This document shows positions 26,201 through 36,233 of a DNA stretch of 64,000 nt, piece after piece. The position numbers and the translations under genes are program-made. Below the pieces are notes generated by a model that was not told the DNA's origin, did not search any database, and worked only from the letters and a program-made list of their open reading frames with translations. Source of the DNA: a virus; the IMG/VR virus record IMGVR_UViG_2124908013_000169. One strand, written 5' to 3'. Within the stretch, counting starts at the first letter, position 1. Every line of letters starts with the position of its first letter.

Positions 26201-26684
26201 GACATTCTAATGGATTCTTGTATTTATACTGAGAAATATCAACTTCGGTGTCCTTAGCAGGAATATCCGATTTGAGCGTGAACCCGTATGGTAACTTGTT
26301 AATCATTTTCTCCTGCATTAAGTCTAATACAGCTTGTGGGTCACGTTGAACTGACGTTACATCACCGACCATACAGCTACCGAAGTCATTAGTACGACTG
26401 TACGCATTAATAGTTATAGTACCACTGACCACGTCTTTATTTAAATCGTAAATACGGAATAAATGTTCCTCATCTACGTTATTGGGTTTAGCTAAAATTA
26501 ATTGGTGAAACTCAAACGTATTTGCTAATGGACCATTCGCCGGATATGTTAACTCCAACTCAAGTGGACCATTACGTTCTTCAGTAACCTCACATTTAAG
26601 AGCGTGCGTAATAAGACCTAGACCGTTATTTTGAAAATCACCAGGCCAGTTTTTACACGTCTTATCATATAAGATAGGTATCAT
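23262..26684 (-). CDS. Tail tip / Tal-like protein with internal putative carbohydrate-binding modules
   Basis: N-terminal GLG.I..A..CEVTEERNG..ELELTYP, typical of Bacillota siphophage Tal; follows Dit. Confidence 0.85.
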   Translation of the reverse strand: MIPILYDKTCKNWPGDFQNNGLGLITHALKCEVTEERNGPLELELTYPANGPLANTFEFHQLILAKPNNVDEEHLFRIYDLNKDVVSGTITINAYSRTNDFGSCMVGDVTSVQRDPQAVLDLMQEKMINKLPYGFTLKSDIPAKDTEVDISQYKYKNPLECLVGTEWSFVHRFGGEVRRKNTGIDILGKRGFNRGNVVRPAKNLEGFKYNISAKGLVTAILPWCKYVDDKQVEHLVEGDVVMSKHVSDYPIVFFQAVDFSQEKIDKKDGTQEDIKTKEQLMNHRKVKHWFSNHDNIDKPNTSVDVNIKQLSDTGYYTKAELAALEQFSVCDTATFYVPSLYIDMPMKITKIRFDVLSETTVELSAGSTHNSLYEKITADTTTKKLEDLKDYTRQIESNLREYVTTAANGVNKVYYTSELPEGNDHKVGDIVWHQENSDKTQLYVWDGQAWVPEAKPLDKEKITEAVNNAVKDAQNKLRADVNNDLTQTEEHLTDIIATVRRQSAIEEQRLESRIAKVDSDSKVTISEVKNELGQLSTKVITSDGFKTNLVSTLQTDTGIVTDIVNNMMIGESKNLIYDPTAFKYFEDKLNVINTTEQSVDVITPFRASDNPSYKAIEMSVRSEDEDLGYDGSPWNIIDERSAGCKIKLNKHLEIGKTYTLLYNLTKTPRFDRKNLLPNTKDSVKVTSSMIRIYPKSDFSYGNTYNEYSITFSESDMSNPNINTGYYGIYLKLNKPLKRGQYELVFDTKGTFGRLSIDYLDSSTKDIKNGAHSFSDRGLLSDSKYYYHRYNINVDQDMDGRIGHIRLWFTQPIYNKITFKNVRVKRVEHTDATPTVQFNRTKSITPGIGQLYKFTVGQNDYIATPDIELKFPIASADYKLWNWVLMEGDWTKEDIIKADVDGVNKPLSRLIEKKMSDSWAISHLNGAGDLVSQINLNKSGVRIKGENILLDGDVQVSGKAFLDGAVIKNGSIGTAQIADATITNAKIQGLDAYKITGLEAAIGKIVTQDLIADRISAKQSIRIGNDAWLYIRNNRLQIQKGNGNNTDLALEVSGRILGPTWLYGRPSRMKYVPVMTNSSWDAAVEGKGGYPPVYGIRWMGLVSWKSGVYLHVDDGSNTNHHYYVQLTKAEDQGNIEDGIRG

Positions 26685-27472
26685 ACTAAAATCCTCCAGT
26701 TCGGTGTAACCGATAGTTCAGATATATTTCCTGAAGTTGTTATACGGTATGACCCAGGAATCCTCATGAACTCACGAGTTTTCATTTTTAGGTTGGCGTT
26801 TATTTCTACAGAAGTAGTATACCGACTTTCATAAGTTAATCCGTACACGAATTTCATATCATTATCTATAACAATTGGAGTGTCGTTTGTTAAGTTAACT
26901 AAATTATATCTTTGTGTAATATCTCCGTATGTTGCAGAGATATAAACCTCTCCCGAACCGGTAACTTTAAACGTTGGGAAACTTGTAAAGAACTGTCCAG
27001 GAGCTTCAACATTTTCTATCAGTTTCTCATAGTCACTAATTAATACTATAGCATTAGTTTTCTTTGTTTTGTATGGAGCTACGGATAACTTAACTTCAGT
27101 TGTCTGTACTCCGTCGTAGAAATACTTATTCGCATAAGAATAGTTTTCAACTAAAGCACAACGGTAAATTACGCCCGGGTCGAAATAGAATTCAATATCG
27201 ACGTAACCACCAGTAGATAATGCGTAAAACAGTTTTCTACGATATAGAGCTCTCTCCTCCTCATGAGCTAAAATAGCTAAATTAAGAGTAATCTCTGTAT
27301 TCTCATACGCATGCTCATCTTGATAAACAGCCCCGTTGAAAGCGTAAGGCGAAACTGCATTCATCTTACGCTTTGGAGCCATAATATCAGGACGGTCTTG
27401 TATGATAGTTTTAAATTCTTTAAAGGCGGAAATTCCGTTTATAAAAAATTCCCCCGGGAATAAATCTACCAT
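26681..27472 (-). CDS. Distal tail protein (Dit)
   Basis: Position after the tape measure gene; F.INGIS...P.R...APYK...PNWR. Confidence 0.8.
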   Translation of the reverse strand: MVDLFPGEFFINGISAFKEFKTIIQDRPDIMAPKRKMNAVSPYAFNGAVYQDEHAYENTEITLNLAILAHEEERALYRRKLFYALSTGGYVDIEFYFDPGVIYRCALVENYSYANKYFYDGVQTTEVKLSVAPYKTKKTNAIVLISDYEKLIENVEAPGQFFTSFPTFKVTGSGEVYISATYGDITQRYNLVNLTNDTPIVIDNDMKFVYGLTYESRYTTSVEINANLKMKTREFMRIPGSYRITTSGNISELSVTPNWRILV

Positions 27473-30400
27473 CCTCTATACAATCCTTTCGACATTTGTT
27501 GTGATTCAGCATGATTTTTTAGGATACGGTCAACTTCGAATGCGATTTCTCGAACCGTAGTCTCGTTGGCGTTTCCGTTCACTGTCACGTTGACCACGTT
27601 ACTAATGGAATTGCCTCCATTTTGAGTTTTCGGACCACCAGTTACAGGGTCGACACTCAACAAGGCATTATAGTTTTGTGGACTCCATTTATCCACATTT
27701 GACAAGTCCATAACAGGACGAATCTTTGGTTCATATACAGGTTGCTCATCAAGCCCTTGCGCCATATCAACAGCATCAAGAATAGCTTGACCGAATTGCT
27801 CACCTGTATTCTTAGCTTCATCAATCCAGCTAGCTAAACCGATAACAGCACCCTCACCATAGTAAGAACCGATTTTCTTCATCGCTCTAGAAGGTGAACG
27901 TACGATACCGACCCAACGTAGAGCGCTCATTGCAGCATTACCGATTGACGCAGCAGCATCCGCAGCGGCTCTAGCCCAGCTACTTACGCCACTTACGAAC
28001 CCTTGACCGAAGTAAGAACCCACTCCATGTGAGCCCTCTGATGAAGACTCTAAGTTAGATTTAGCTCCGCCACCTAAACGACTACCTGCATCTTGAGCTC
28101 CACTTTCGTGAGCTCCTACAGCAGATACGAAACCACTACCCGCTTTGTCACCAGGAGATTTCGCATCAATACTGTTTAAGGTACTTTCGGTATTAGACTT
28201 AATTTTGTCAAATACACCCTTGATACCCCCAATATGTCCTGCAGCAGCGCCTTCAAAGTTACCTGAAGTGGCATCCCCTTTAGTGCTAGCTTCTGCGGTC
28301 ATAGCATTAGATTGTGCACTGAATGTTGTAGCAGCTTCAGTGAACCATGTGTTAGGGTCATTACTTAGAACCCCTGTACTCCAGTTAACTGACACACCTT
28401 GACCAGCAGTGAACGCGTTACTTACTGCAGCTTGCACACCATCAGCGCCCCAAGACAACCCTTCAGCAATCTTGTTAGCGACAGCGTTACCGTCAGCTCC
28501 GTCAGCCGCAGCTTGAGTAGTTTGAGCACCTAATTCTGTAGCTTGAGTAGCCAATCCACTAGTGTCAGCGTTTGGGAAGCTCTTTGTAATTTGGTCAATG
28601 TACTCTTGTGGAAGTTCTTGACCTTGTGCAGCAAACTGCTCCTTCAATTGGTTAATCATAGTAGACGAATCAATCGGAGCACCCGTATTCATCTTATCTT
28701 GGATAAGTTTCTTAACGTCCATACCGGCTAGGTTTTCAGGAAGTTTAAGTCCGTCAACCACACCCTGACCAAGTTCTTTACCCTTCTCTTGACCAAGTCC
28801 TTTAAGGTCTTGTTTCTTCATTTGAGCAGAGAATAGGGTCATCATACGGATGGCTTCTTCTTCAGTCAACGTACCACTTTCTTTAAGTCCTCTAACGAAC
28901 TCGTAAGCAGCGTTCATACCTTCTTGATATGTACCGCCTTTCTTAGCGATACCGTCGAACATAAGTGCCACTTGTCGTTGAATTGTTCCTTTATGTTTTT
29001 CAGGAGCGAAACCTGCCATTAACTCAGCCATCTTAGTGGCACCGATAGTGTTCATCGGCATATCGTTGATTAGTTTAAGGTCTTCAGCAACCACACTAGC
29101 AGGGCTATTATTATGGAATGCTGCGTGGAACCCACCAACGATATTGTTAGCCATAGATGTAAAGCCTTGTTCGACACTCTTAGCGCCGTTCTCAATAGCT
29201 TCCATCGTTCCTTTAAGCATGTCACCAACGATTGGTAACCCGCCTAATACATGTTTCAAGAACCCGATAAGTCCTTCGTTGATTAATCGCATGATACCGG
29301 CAATCATACTACCAAATGCACTGATTACACCTTTAAGCATGTTCTCAGCACCAAGTTTAATAGTAGGACCTTGACTTTCGAAGGCTGATGCCAACCATTG
29401 TCCTAATCCACTGAACGCTCCAATAAAGAACGAAGGTAGTGCAGTTATAGCTGCGATGAAGACTTTACCTAAGAACGTAGCAAGTTTAGCTGCTAACGTT
29501 GGTGCGGCATTACCTAGGTTATCGAATAGACGACCCAGTCCTTCCGCAATTCTAGGTGTTTGGTCGGCAAGACTGTTAATACCGTCAGCGACACTTTGGC
29601 CCATTTGTGGGAATATTTGAATAAGTCCTTTAATAGCATTAAGTAATAGTGCTACAGAACCTACAATCAATGCAACACCGGCACCGAATAGGAATGCACC
29701 TCCACCTACAGCTGCAACTACTACTGATATAGCACCCGCTAATACAGTTAAACCTGCGGCTACTTGTGGAATGGCACCAACAACACCTGCGACTATTAAC
29801 ACTCCGGCCATAACCGCCGCAATAGCAACACCCGCACGGATTAAACCGTCTGCTGGAATATTGGCTAACGTAGCAAGTGCTAACGATAGAACTGCTATCG
29901 AACCAGCCATTAGAATGATACCTTTAAGTTTAGCAATACCTGTTATCGGCATACCAGCGATGATACGCATAGCAACAGATAAGGCTAACATTACACCACC
30001 TAACGCTAAAGCAGACGCTAGAACGTTTTGTGGGTTAAGTAGTGATAATAACCCAAGTGGGATAGATATCAACGTCATAATAGCTGTGACGCCTAGTAGC
30101 TTAAGCATACTTGCTGAAGGGTCTGGTAAGTTAGCAATAACCACCATAGCACCGGTCAGAGTAGCCATAAGTATAATTAGGGTCTTCGTTGCACCCCATA
30201 CTTTAGATGCGTCTAACACACTTAATAAGGCCACCGGAAGTACCATCATGTTTACAGCTACAGCAAGCATACCTAACATAGCTACGGATGACCATGACAT
30301 ACCTGATTTACTTACGTGGTTGATAATAGCAGTAAGTCCTGCAAACGCAACCATTAATAAGACAGTTGTCGAAGCGCCTTGCTTAAGTACATCCTCCGGC

Positions 30401-33258
30401 ATATTACCTAATACGCCAATTGGAATAACCATTAAACTTACCGCAACACCTAACATTAGGAATGACGCTGCAGCATGTTTAAGGCTACCGCCTAGTTTCG
30501 CAGGTAATTGGATAGCAACCAATAATAAACCGATTGTTAGTATTAGGTTTCGAACAGTGGTTACACCTTGTTCTAGTTTACTAGTGTCCATTTCACCTAG
30601 GATTTTAATCGGTATCATCAGTAAGTTAACTGCAATACCTAAACCTACAGAACCTCTAATACCACCTTCTACATCAAATAACTTAGCGGCAGTAACAACA
30701 GCGCCAAGCGCCATGATAATCACAAGAACTGAACCTGTAGCTTTTAGCAGTTGTCCATCACTTAGTTTACCAAGCTCAGACATAGTCTTACCAATATTAC
30801 GCATGGTCCAACCAAAAGTTAATACGAACGCACTTAATTGTAAGATTTGTTTACCTGATACATCTTTTAACGTACCATCCATAGTCTTAAGCATCTTACT
30901 GAATGCTAAGAATACACCTACCATGATTGTGGCAGCGACTAATGCTCTGTCGGCAGGAATCGTAGATAGTACCCACAACGCACCAGATAAGACACCAATA
31001 CCGATTGCGAATTGGACAAATGCAGCACCTTTCAAGTTAAATGCCATCGCTTTACCAACTTCTTTAAAGGCATTACCTAAGTCAGTAAACGGTTTACGGA
31101 TAGCTTGTGAGATTAACGAGATTTCTTCAATCGTTGCATTAATCTTCTTGGCAGACTTATACATCTTGAACGCCCATGCTGAGATAAGAGCAGCAACAGC
31201 TAAGTTGAACGCCCTACCAATAGTTGTAGAGTTCATACTACCTTCTATAGCTTTAAGACCTTCACCTAGTTTAGCGGCGCCTTTCTTAAGCGACTCACCT
31301 AGACGTTCTAAGACATTTGTTTTACCAGTTGCTTTACCAAACCCTTCGAACATCTTACCAAACACACCTGCAATCCAAGTGATTTGTTCCCACGCTCCTC
31401 CACCGAGTCCACTAATCCAACCCCAGAAGTCACTAATAGCTTTACCAATAGTGTTTAGTAGGTTATCAAAGTTTTCTGCAGTAAGGTTCGTATTGAGCAT
31501 TTGCCCTAATGAATCCATAAGTGGTTTTAGGAATTCTCCCACTTTACCGAAATATGGTTTCAAGAATTCAAAGAAACCTTTGGCCCAATCAATTACTTTA
31601 TCGAACCATTCTTTGAATTTAATCCAACCTGTCGCAGCTAACTCACCAATACGTTCAAAGAACCAAGCGTACTTGTAAACGAATTCTGTAAGTTTACCGG
31701 CTAACCAAGTTAGGATATTGTTTAATAGTGTACCAATACGTTTAAATATAGATATACTATTTTCAGCTTTAGAAGCTTGTCCATGGATTTTATTAAACCC
31801 AGTGGCGATTGCTGTAATAAACTTCCCGATAGCACCACCTACAGCAAGTAAGATGTTACCAATACCCTTGAATGGTATCATGTCTAGGAAAGCTTTAGCA
31901 ATGAATTTAACTCCATTTTGAACAGTCTGAACGACTCTGAAGAACCCACGAAGAGCATCTTGAAGTCGTGTAATGTTTCTTAATGAAAGATGTAACCCTT
32001 CTGACCATTTCAAGAAACTTGTAGAGAAACTCTTCAAGTCTTCGGCAGTTTTCTTAGGGAAGAACTCACGGAATACCTTAGATACGACTCCAGCGACTTG
32101 TCCAATGTATTTTAACACATTAGCGAAACCCTCAAGCATATCTTTACGACCGCCTAGTTTATTCAACCAGCCGTCTAATAGTACGTTACGGCCTTCGTTC
32201 ATCTTAGAGATAAAGCCACCGACAGCATTACTAATATTAGTGAATAATTCCGTAGCTTGGTCAAAGTCACCAAGAATGATACGCCAAGTAGACGTCCATG
32301 TAGAACCAATCGACTCTTGTAAGGTATCAATCATTTTACTAAATGTACGAACCTTAGTTGCCGCCTCTAGCATTTTTGGGTCTTCCGCAAACTCTTGCAT
32401 TGCAGATAAGAAGTTGTCAGCTTTTAACCAACCAGATGTCTTCTTATCCCCAAGTGACCCACGGAAGTTAGAAAGTACGTCATCACGTTTCGACGCATCT
32501 AAATCCCCACGTCTAATCGCATTCTCCACAAGTTTCTTTTTCAATGCTGCGGACTCCAAGTTGGCATTCTGAACTGACATCCAGTCAACCGCTTGGAACT
32601 TACCAGCTGATAAGGCTTGTGAGATTTGCGTATAGGCGTTCTTCATAATTTGTGGGTCAGCGCCGACCGATGCAGCATAGTTAGAAAGACCTTTGATAGC
32701 CTTAATAGATGTCTGCATGTCATTACCAGCAGCTGTGAAACGTCCGATAGCGTAAGTCATGTCTGAGAATTTATATACCGTGTCATCGGCATACTTATTC
32801 AATTCGTCAAGAGCCGCGTTTACCGATTGAGTTGTTTCCCCAGGAGCGTTCGCTAAGATAGTTTGAATAGAGTCCATGTTCATTTCGTACTCATGGAAAC
32901 CATCTCTAGCCCCTTTAAATGTTAAGGCATCTCCTATTTTTAATCCGGTTTGGACCGCCTGTCCAGCTAAGTTAGATAGTTGAATGCCGACACCCATAAT
33001 AAACCCGTTAATGAGTTGCGTGCTACGGCTAGCTGAAGCTTGCATTGTATCAAACCCGTTAGTAATGTTATCAAACTTTACATTCCTAGCGGCGTCGTGG
33101 ATATTCTTAAGACCTTTAACCGAACCAGAAGTATCCATAGAAGATAACTTCTTACCATCAGCGTCAATCTTCTTGAAGAAGCTTAAGAGCCCCTTCGCCT
33201 TGGAGTCAAAATCACTTTTGTCCATTGTAACCTTATAGTTACGTTCTGTACTAGACAT
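27466..33258 (-). CDS. Tape measure protein
   Basis: 1930 aa, Ala/Gly-rich helical; LNKYADDTVYKFSDMT tape-measure domain; C-terminal GIVRSPSR. Confidence 0.92.
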   Translation of the reverse strand: MSSTERNYKVTMDKSDFDSKAKGLLSFFKKIDADGKKLSSMDTSGSVKGLKNIHDAARNVKFDNITNGFDTMQASASRSTQLINGFIMGVGIQLSNLAGQAVQTGLKIGDALTFKGARDGFHEYEMNMDSIQTILANAPGETTQSVNAALDELNKYADDTVYKFSDMTYAIGRFTAAGNDMQTSIKAIKGLSNYAASVGADPQIMKNAYTQISQALSAGKFQAVDWMSVQNANLESAALKKKLVENAIRRGDLDASKRDDVLSNFRGSLGDKKTSGWLKADNFLSAMQEFAEDPKMLEAATKVRTFSKMIDTLQESIGSTWTSTWRIILGDFDQATELFTNISNAVGGFISKMNEGRNVLLDGWLNKLGGRKDMLEGFANVLKYIGQVAGVVSKVFREFFPKKTAEDLKSFSTSFLKWSEGLHLSLRNITRLQDALRGFFRVVQTVQNGVKFIAKAFLDMIPFKGIGNILLAVGGAIGKFITAIATGFNKIHGQASKAENSISIFKRIGTLLNNILTWLAGKLTEFVYKYAWFFERIGELAATGWIKFKEWFDKVIDWAKGFFEFLKPYFGKVGEFLKPLMDSLGQMLNTNLTAENFDNLLNTIGKAISDFWGWISGLGGGAWEQITWIAGVFGKMFEGFGKATGKTNVLERLGESLKKGAAKLGEGLKAIEGSMNSTTIGRAFNLAVAALISAWAFKMYKSAKKINATIEEISLISQAIRKPFTDLGNAFKEVGKAMAFNLKGAAFVQFAIGIGVLSGALWVLSTIPADRALVAATIMVGVFLAFSKMLKTMDGTLKDVSGKQILQLSAFVLTFGWTMRNIGKTMSELGKLSDGQLLKATGSVLVIIMALGAVVTAAKLFDVEGGIRGSVGLGIAVNLLMIPIKILGEMDTSKLEQGVTTVRNLILTIGLLLVAIQLPAKLGGSLKHAAASFLMLGVAVSLMVIPIGVLGNMPEDVLKQGASTTVLLMVAFAGLTAIINHVSKSGMSWSSVAMLGMLAVAVNMMVLPVALLSVLDASKVWGATKTLIILMATLTGAMVVIANLPDPSASMLKLLGVTAIMTLISIPLGLLSLLNPQNVLASALALGGVMLALSVAMRIIAGMPITGIAKLKGIILMAGSIAVLSLALATLANIPADGLIRAGVAIAAVMAGVLIVAGVVGAIPQVAAGLTVLAGAISVVVAAVGGGAFLFGAGVALIVGSVALLLNAIKGLIQIFPQMGQSVADGINSLADQTPRIAEGLGRLFDNLGNAAPTLAAKLATFLGKVFIAAITALPSFFIGAFSGLGQWLASAFESQGPTIKLGAENMLKGVISAFGSMIAGIMRLINEGLIGFLKHVLGGLPIVGDMLKGTMEAIENGAKSVEQGFTSMANNIVGGFHAAFHNNSPASVVAEDLKLINDMPMNTIGATKMAELMAGFAPEKHKGTIQRQVALMFDGIAKKGGTYQEGMNAAYEFVRGLKESGTLTEEEAIRMMTLFSAQMKKQDLKGLGQEKGKELGQGVVDGLKLPENLAGMDVKKLIQDKMNTGAPIDSSTMINQLKEQFAAQGQELPQEYIDQITKSFPNADTSGLATQATELGAQTTQAAADGADGNAVANKIAEGLSWGADGVQAAVSNAFTAGQGVSVNWSTGVLSNDPNTWFTEAATTFSAQSNAMTAEASTKGDATSGNFEGAAAGHIGGIKGVFDKIKSNTESTLNSIDAKSPGDKAGSGFVSAVGAHESGAQDAGSRLGGGAKSNLESSSEGSHGVGSYFGQGFVSGVSSWARAAADAAASIGNAAMSALRWVGIVRSPSRAMKKIGSYYGEGAVIGLASWIDEAKNTGEQFGQAILDAVDMAQGLDEQPVYEPKIRPVMDLSNVDKWSPQNYNALLSVDPVTGGPKTQNGGNSISNVVNVTVNGNANETTVREIAFEVDRILKNHAESQQMSKGLYRGW

Positions 33259-33639
33259 CTATAAAAACAACTCCTTTGTAATGTCAAACCAGAGCATGTT
33301 CATGACACCCTCCAGTGACTGATAAATAAATGGGTACGGCGGAACATATCCACCAGTACGTGTACCGTGACCCCTGTCAATAAGCGTAGCAATATTTAAA
33401 GGAGACTCCGGGTGTGCATCGTTACAGAACTCTAGTTCCCAGACACCTTCACTAGATTGCGTTAGACGGTAGAACCAACCATTGGCGGTTTGACCTGAAC
33501 GCTTTGGTGTATTCTTCTTAAGACTGTCTACACCCCGTTGACCATATCGCTTCATCTTACCTTTAGAGTCACTATTTATTGCTCTAATGAGCACTGGGTC
33601 ATCAGCCCAGCTTTGTGATTGGTAAATACCAGTCTTCAC
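33259..33639 (-). CDS. HK97 gp10-like tail completion protein
   Basis: TPKRSGQTANGW...GHGTRTGGYV.P..FI. Confidence 0.7.
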   Translation of the reverse strand: MKTGIYQSQSWADDPVLIRAINSDSKGKMKRYGQRGVDSLKKNTPKRSGQTANGWFYRLTQSSEGVWELEFCNDAHPESPLNIATLIDRGHGTRTGGYVPPYPFIYQSLEGVMNMLWFDITKELFL

Positions 33640-33643
33640 TTTA

Positions 33644-34180
33644 TCACCCTTTCGTGCCTAAAGCTTTACGTCTAGCAGCGTTTAATGCGGCATTTTGAGC
33701 TAACACCTCTTTAGGGTTCATCTTCTTGCCTCCGCCTTGACGAATAGCCATAACTTGTACCAAGGTGAGAAATCTAGAGAGATGCCAATGCTCACAAGTC
33801 ACATCGATACCCAATTCAAACATCGATGCATAGAGCTCTTCTGTTGTAATGATTTTCTGAGTGGGTGTCTCTGTTCCACGCTGAATTGTTGTAGCGGTCT
33901 GTTCAGAATTCATGTATTGTAGTATTTCTTGCAAATGCTCGGCTGTCAGCTTGTTAATGTCTATGGGCTGTCTGTATCCCATGATTAAGATATAACCCAT
34001 AAGTTCTTCGTCAGTAATGTCATTATGCGGATTTAGGAACGGTTTCTTATATTGTGCTTCCCATAGGGCAACTGTATATAAGGAATGTTCAAACTCATAT
34101 ACTTCTTCCGCATCCGACATGACGAAGACTTCATTCTGTTCATCCCAATACTCAGTGGTACCGATGTCAATTCTGAGCAT
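33644..34180 (-). CDS. Putative tail assembly chaperone (second)
   Basis: Position; EHSL...WE...KPFL and CEHWHLSR motifs. Confidence 0.6.
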   Translation of the reverse strand: MLRIDIGTTEYWDEQNEVFVMSDAEEVYEFEHSLYTVALWEAQYKKPFLNPHNDITDEELMGYILIMGYRQPIDINKLTAEHLQEILQYMNSEQTATTIQRGTETPTQKIITTEELYASMFELGIDVTCEHWHLSRFLTLVQVMAIRQGGGKKMNPKEVLAQNAALNAARRKALGTKG

Positions 34181-34198
34181 TAAACAATCTCTCCTTTC

Positions 34199-34236
34199 TA
34201 AAAAAAGTAAGAGGTGTATATTTCAACACCCCTCAC
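34199..34236 (-). terminator. Intrinsic terminator within the tail operon
   Basis: GTGAGGGGTGT-TGAAATAT-ACACCTCTTAC-TTTTTTT. Confidence 0.75.
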
Positions 34237-34260
34237 AATTAAGTTAAGTTTTAAGTTAGC

Positions 34261-34533
34261 CTATTGTTTAACTACATCGTCGTACCAGTCACCTAGACGT
34301 TGACGGAGAGTTTCCTCTTGTCCATAGATACCGTCAGCAACGGCTTCACGGAGTAAACGAATGACATTCTCACGGGACTCAATACCGTAAGATAAATTCG
34401 CCAACGCCTGAATTGACTCATACTTCGCACCGAGTTTTTGTTTACGGATTTCATAGTCCCCAAACTTACCCTCAGTTAGTGCAACAGCTAAATCGTCCAC
34501 TGTTGGGACAGTTCTATTGATTTGTGGTTTCAT
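34261..34533 (-). CDS. Stand-alone CW_7 (Cpl-7-type) cell-wall-binding repeat protein
   Basis: Two repeats: VDDLA...GKFG..EIRKQKLG.KY..IQ and A..DGIYG..ETLRQRLG.WYDDV. Confidence 0.6.
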   Translation of the reverse strand: MKPQINRTVPTVDDLAVALTEGKFGDYEIRKQKLGAKYESIQALANLSYGIESRENVIRLLREAVADGIYGQEETLRQRLGDWYDDVVKQ

Positions 34534-34535
34534 GG

Positions 34536-34910
34536 TTATTTACCTGCGCTTGCTACTAGTGGTTTCAAGAGCGCATCAAAGAATTTACTCATTTTCTTTT
34601 CGTCAGAATATAGGTCACCTAATAGTGCCTCAAAAGCTAATGAATAACTGAACTGCTCACGAATTTCATCGTTACGTACGAAGTGGCGTCCATCTTCTGA
34701 ACGTTCCCCATAAGCAGTTAATACTAAGTCTTCGATTAACACCATCATTGAAGCGGCGTCCTTCTCTTTTTCGATTTTCTTAACATAAGCTGCTAAATCT
34801 CCGTATTTGATTGTTAGTTTTGCTGAATCGCGTGGTGTAAGATTAAACCATAATGTTTCCTTCACACTCTTATTGTCAAAGTCTTTGTAAGATACTTGAT
34901 GTTTTAACAT
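34536..34910 (-). CDS. Tail assembly chaperone
   Basis: Directly after the major tail gene; AYGERSEDGRHF. Confidence 0.7.
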   Translation of the reverse strand: MLKHQVSYKDFDNKSVKETLWFNLTPRDSAKLTIKYGDLAAYVKKIEKEKDAASMMVLIEDLVLTAYGERSEDGRHFVRNDEIREQFSYSLAFEALLGDLYSDEKKMSKFFDALLKPLVASAGK

Positions 34911-34911
34911 A

Positions 34912-35580
34912 TTAAGCTACCTCTTCTCCCTTAGCTAATTTAAATACTTCACCTGGTTTAGGCATTTTAGCATTCTTAGTTTCGTTACCATAAACGAAGT
35001 CTAAGACTTTCTTGAATTTGTCTGCTCCAACTTCTACTTCATCAATAGTGATTAAAGCGGTTGGACGGTGTTGGTCAATATCAACAGCAACTGGAGTACA
35101 TTCACCTGAGTAAGAGAATTGCATTGCAGCTGGGTCATTATTGATTGTTTCATAAGAACGTTCTGAAGGAGATGCTTTACATCCATATAATAAGTGTAAT
35201 TTACGTCCTAATGAAGGGTTCGCTTCAGTTGCCACGTTAGTAATATATGCTGCTGCGAATGATTTACGTGGTTGTTGAGCGATGTTAACACCTTTCGTTA
35301 AAGATGCACTTCCGTCACATTCTGCCCATTCATCTGGGTAAGTGTAACATTCGATAGAGAATTTAATGTTTTCAGCACCAACTAGTGATAAGTATTTAAT
35401 GTTATCAGCGTAGATAGCAGTGATTTCTCCACCTTCAGGTTGTTCAGCGAACTTAGAAACACCATTCCAAGCCACACCTTCTTTGTACCAGCTTTGTCCG
35501 TCAGAAACGAATAAAGCCACGTTTGAGATACCATTTTCATATTTACGGTCTTGAACCGCGTCGAATACTAATTTTGTCAT
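34912..35580 (-). CDS. Major tail protein
   Basis: GVAWNG...IYADNIKY...YTYPDE...ASPSERSYETIN. Confidence 0.85.
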   Translation of the reverse strand: MTKLVFDAVQDRKYENGISNVALFVSDGQSWYKEGVAWNGVSKFAEQPEGGEITAIYADNIKYLSLVGAENIKFSIECYTYPDEWAECDGSASLTKGVNIAQQPRKSFAAAYITNVATEANPSLGRKLHLLYGCKASPSERSYETINNDPAAMQFSYSGECTPVAVDIDQHRPTALITIDEVEVGADKFKKVLDFVYGNETKNAKMPKPGEVFKLAKGEEVA

Positions 35581-35595
35581 TAGTGTGTATTCCTC

Positions 35596-35910
35596 CTAAA
35601 ATGTTTTGTAATCTAGATATGTGTGGTATAGTCTATCACTGACGTGTTGACTCACGATATCCATTGTCGGAAAGATTTCCAATAGTTTCACCACCAACTC
35701 TGAGTCCGCTGCAGAATCTAACACGGTTAACCGAAAGTTATACTGCGTTTGGTAGCGGGAATTCTCTGCGAAGAGAGATTGAGTATTGGACAGGTGATAA
35801 ATGATACACGGATACTTAAGCTGGATGTTAGCCGGCGGATTAAAGTATACGTTATTAGAAGCCATTTTGAGCTTCGAGTGAAGTTGCTTCCGCTTCTCCA
35901 GTAGATTCAT
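35596..35910 (-). CDS. Tail terminator
   Basis: NVYFNPP...YPCIIY; position before the major tail gene. Confidence 0.7.
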   Translation of the reverse strand: MNLLEKRKQLHSKLKMASNNVYFNPPANIQLKYPCIIYHLSNTQSLFAENSRYQTQYNFRLTVLDSAADSELVVKLLEIFPTMDIVSQHVSDRLYHTYLDYKTF

Positions 35911-36226
35911 TGTACACACCTCCTAAAGTTAAAACAATACGAGGGCGCTTAACTTCAATCGATGTTACAGCGAATTTCACACCTTCGAAAGTCGCCCATC
36001 GGATATTGAAGATATGTTTCTCAATGCGTGAATCCATAACGATTGAGATACGGTTTTGTAGAGCTACGTTGGTTACAGTTCCTTCTACCGACCTATTAGG
36101 ATACTGACCCTCCCGTAAGAGAAGGCCAGTAACCGGAATTTCTTTCATAGCGTCGGAGAATACTCCTGGGTGTTGTGGGTCCTCTACTTGGCCCAAGGAT
36201 ACACCTAAAATGCTAGAGACTCTCAT
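35855..36226 (-). CDS. Head closure / head-tail joining protein
   Basis: Position; beta-rich, ends PRIVLTLGGVYN. Confidence 0.65.
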   Translation of the reverse strand: MRVSSILGVSLGQVEDPQHPGVFSDAMKEIPVTGLLLREGQYPNRSVEGTVTNVALQNRISIVMDSRIEKHIFNIRWATFEGVKFAVTSIEVKRPRIVLTLGGVYNESTGEAEATSLEAQNGF

Positions 36227-36233
36227 AGGTCAC

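Noticed and set aside
29771..31678. 635-aa plus-strand ORF
   Set aside because: Antisense shadow of the hydrophobic tape measure region; no recognisable motifs, and the genome is otherwise entirely minus-strand
34500..34600. Tail chaperone G/GT frameshift
   Set aside because: No slippery heptamer near the end of 34536-34910; the next ORFs have their own starts and a terminator intervenes
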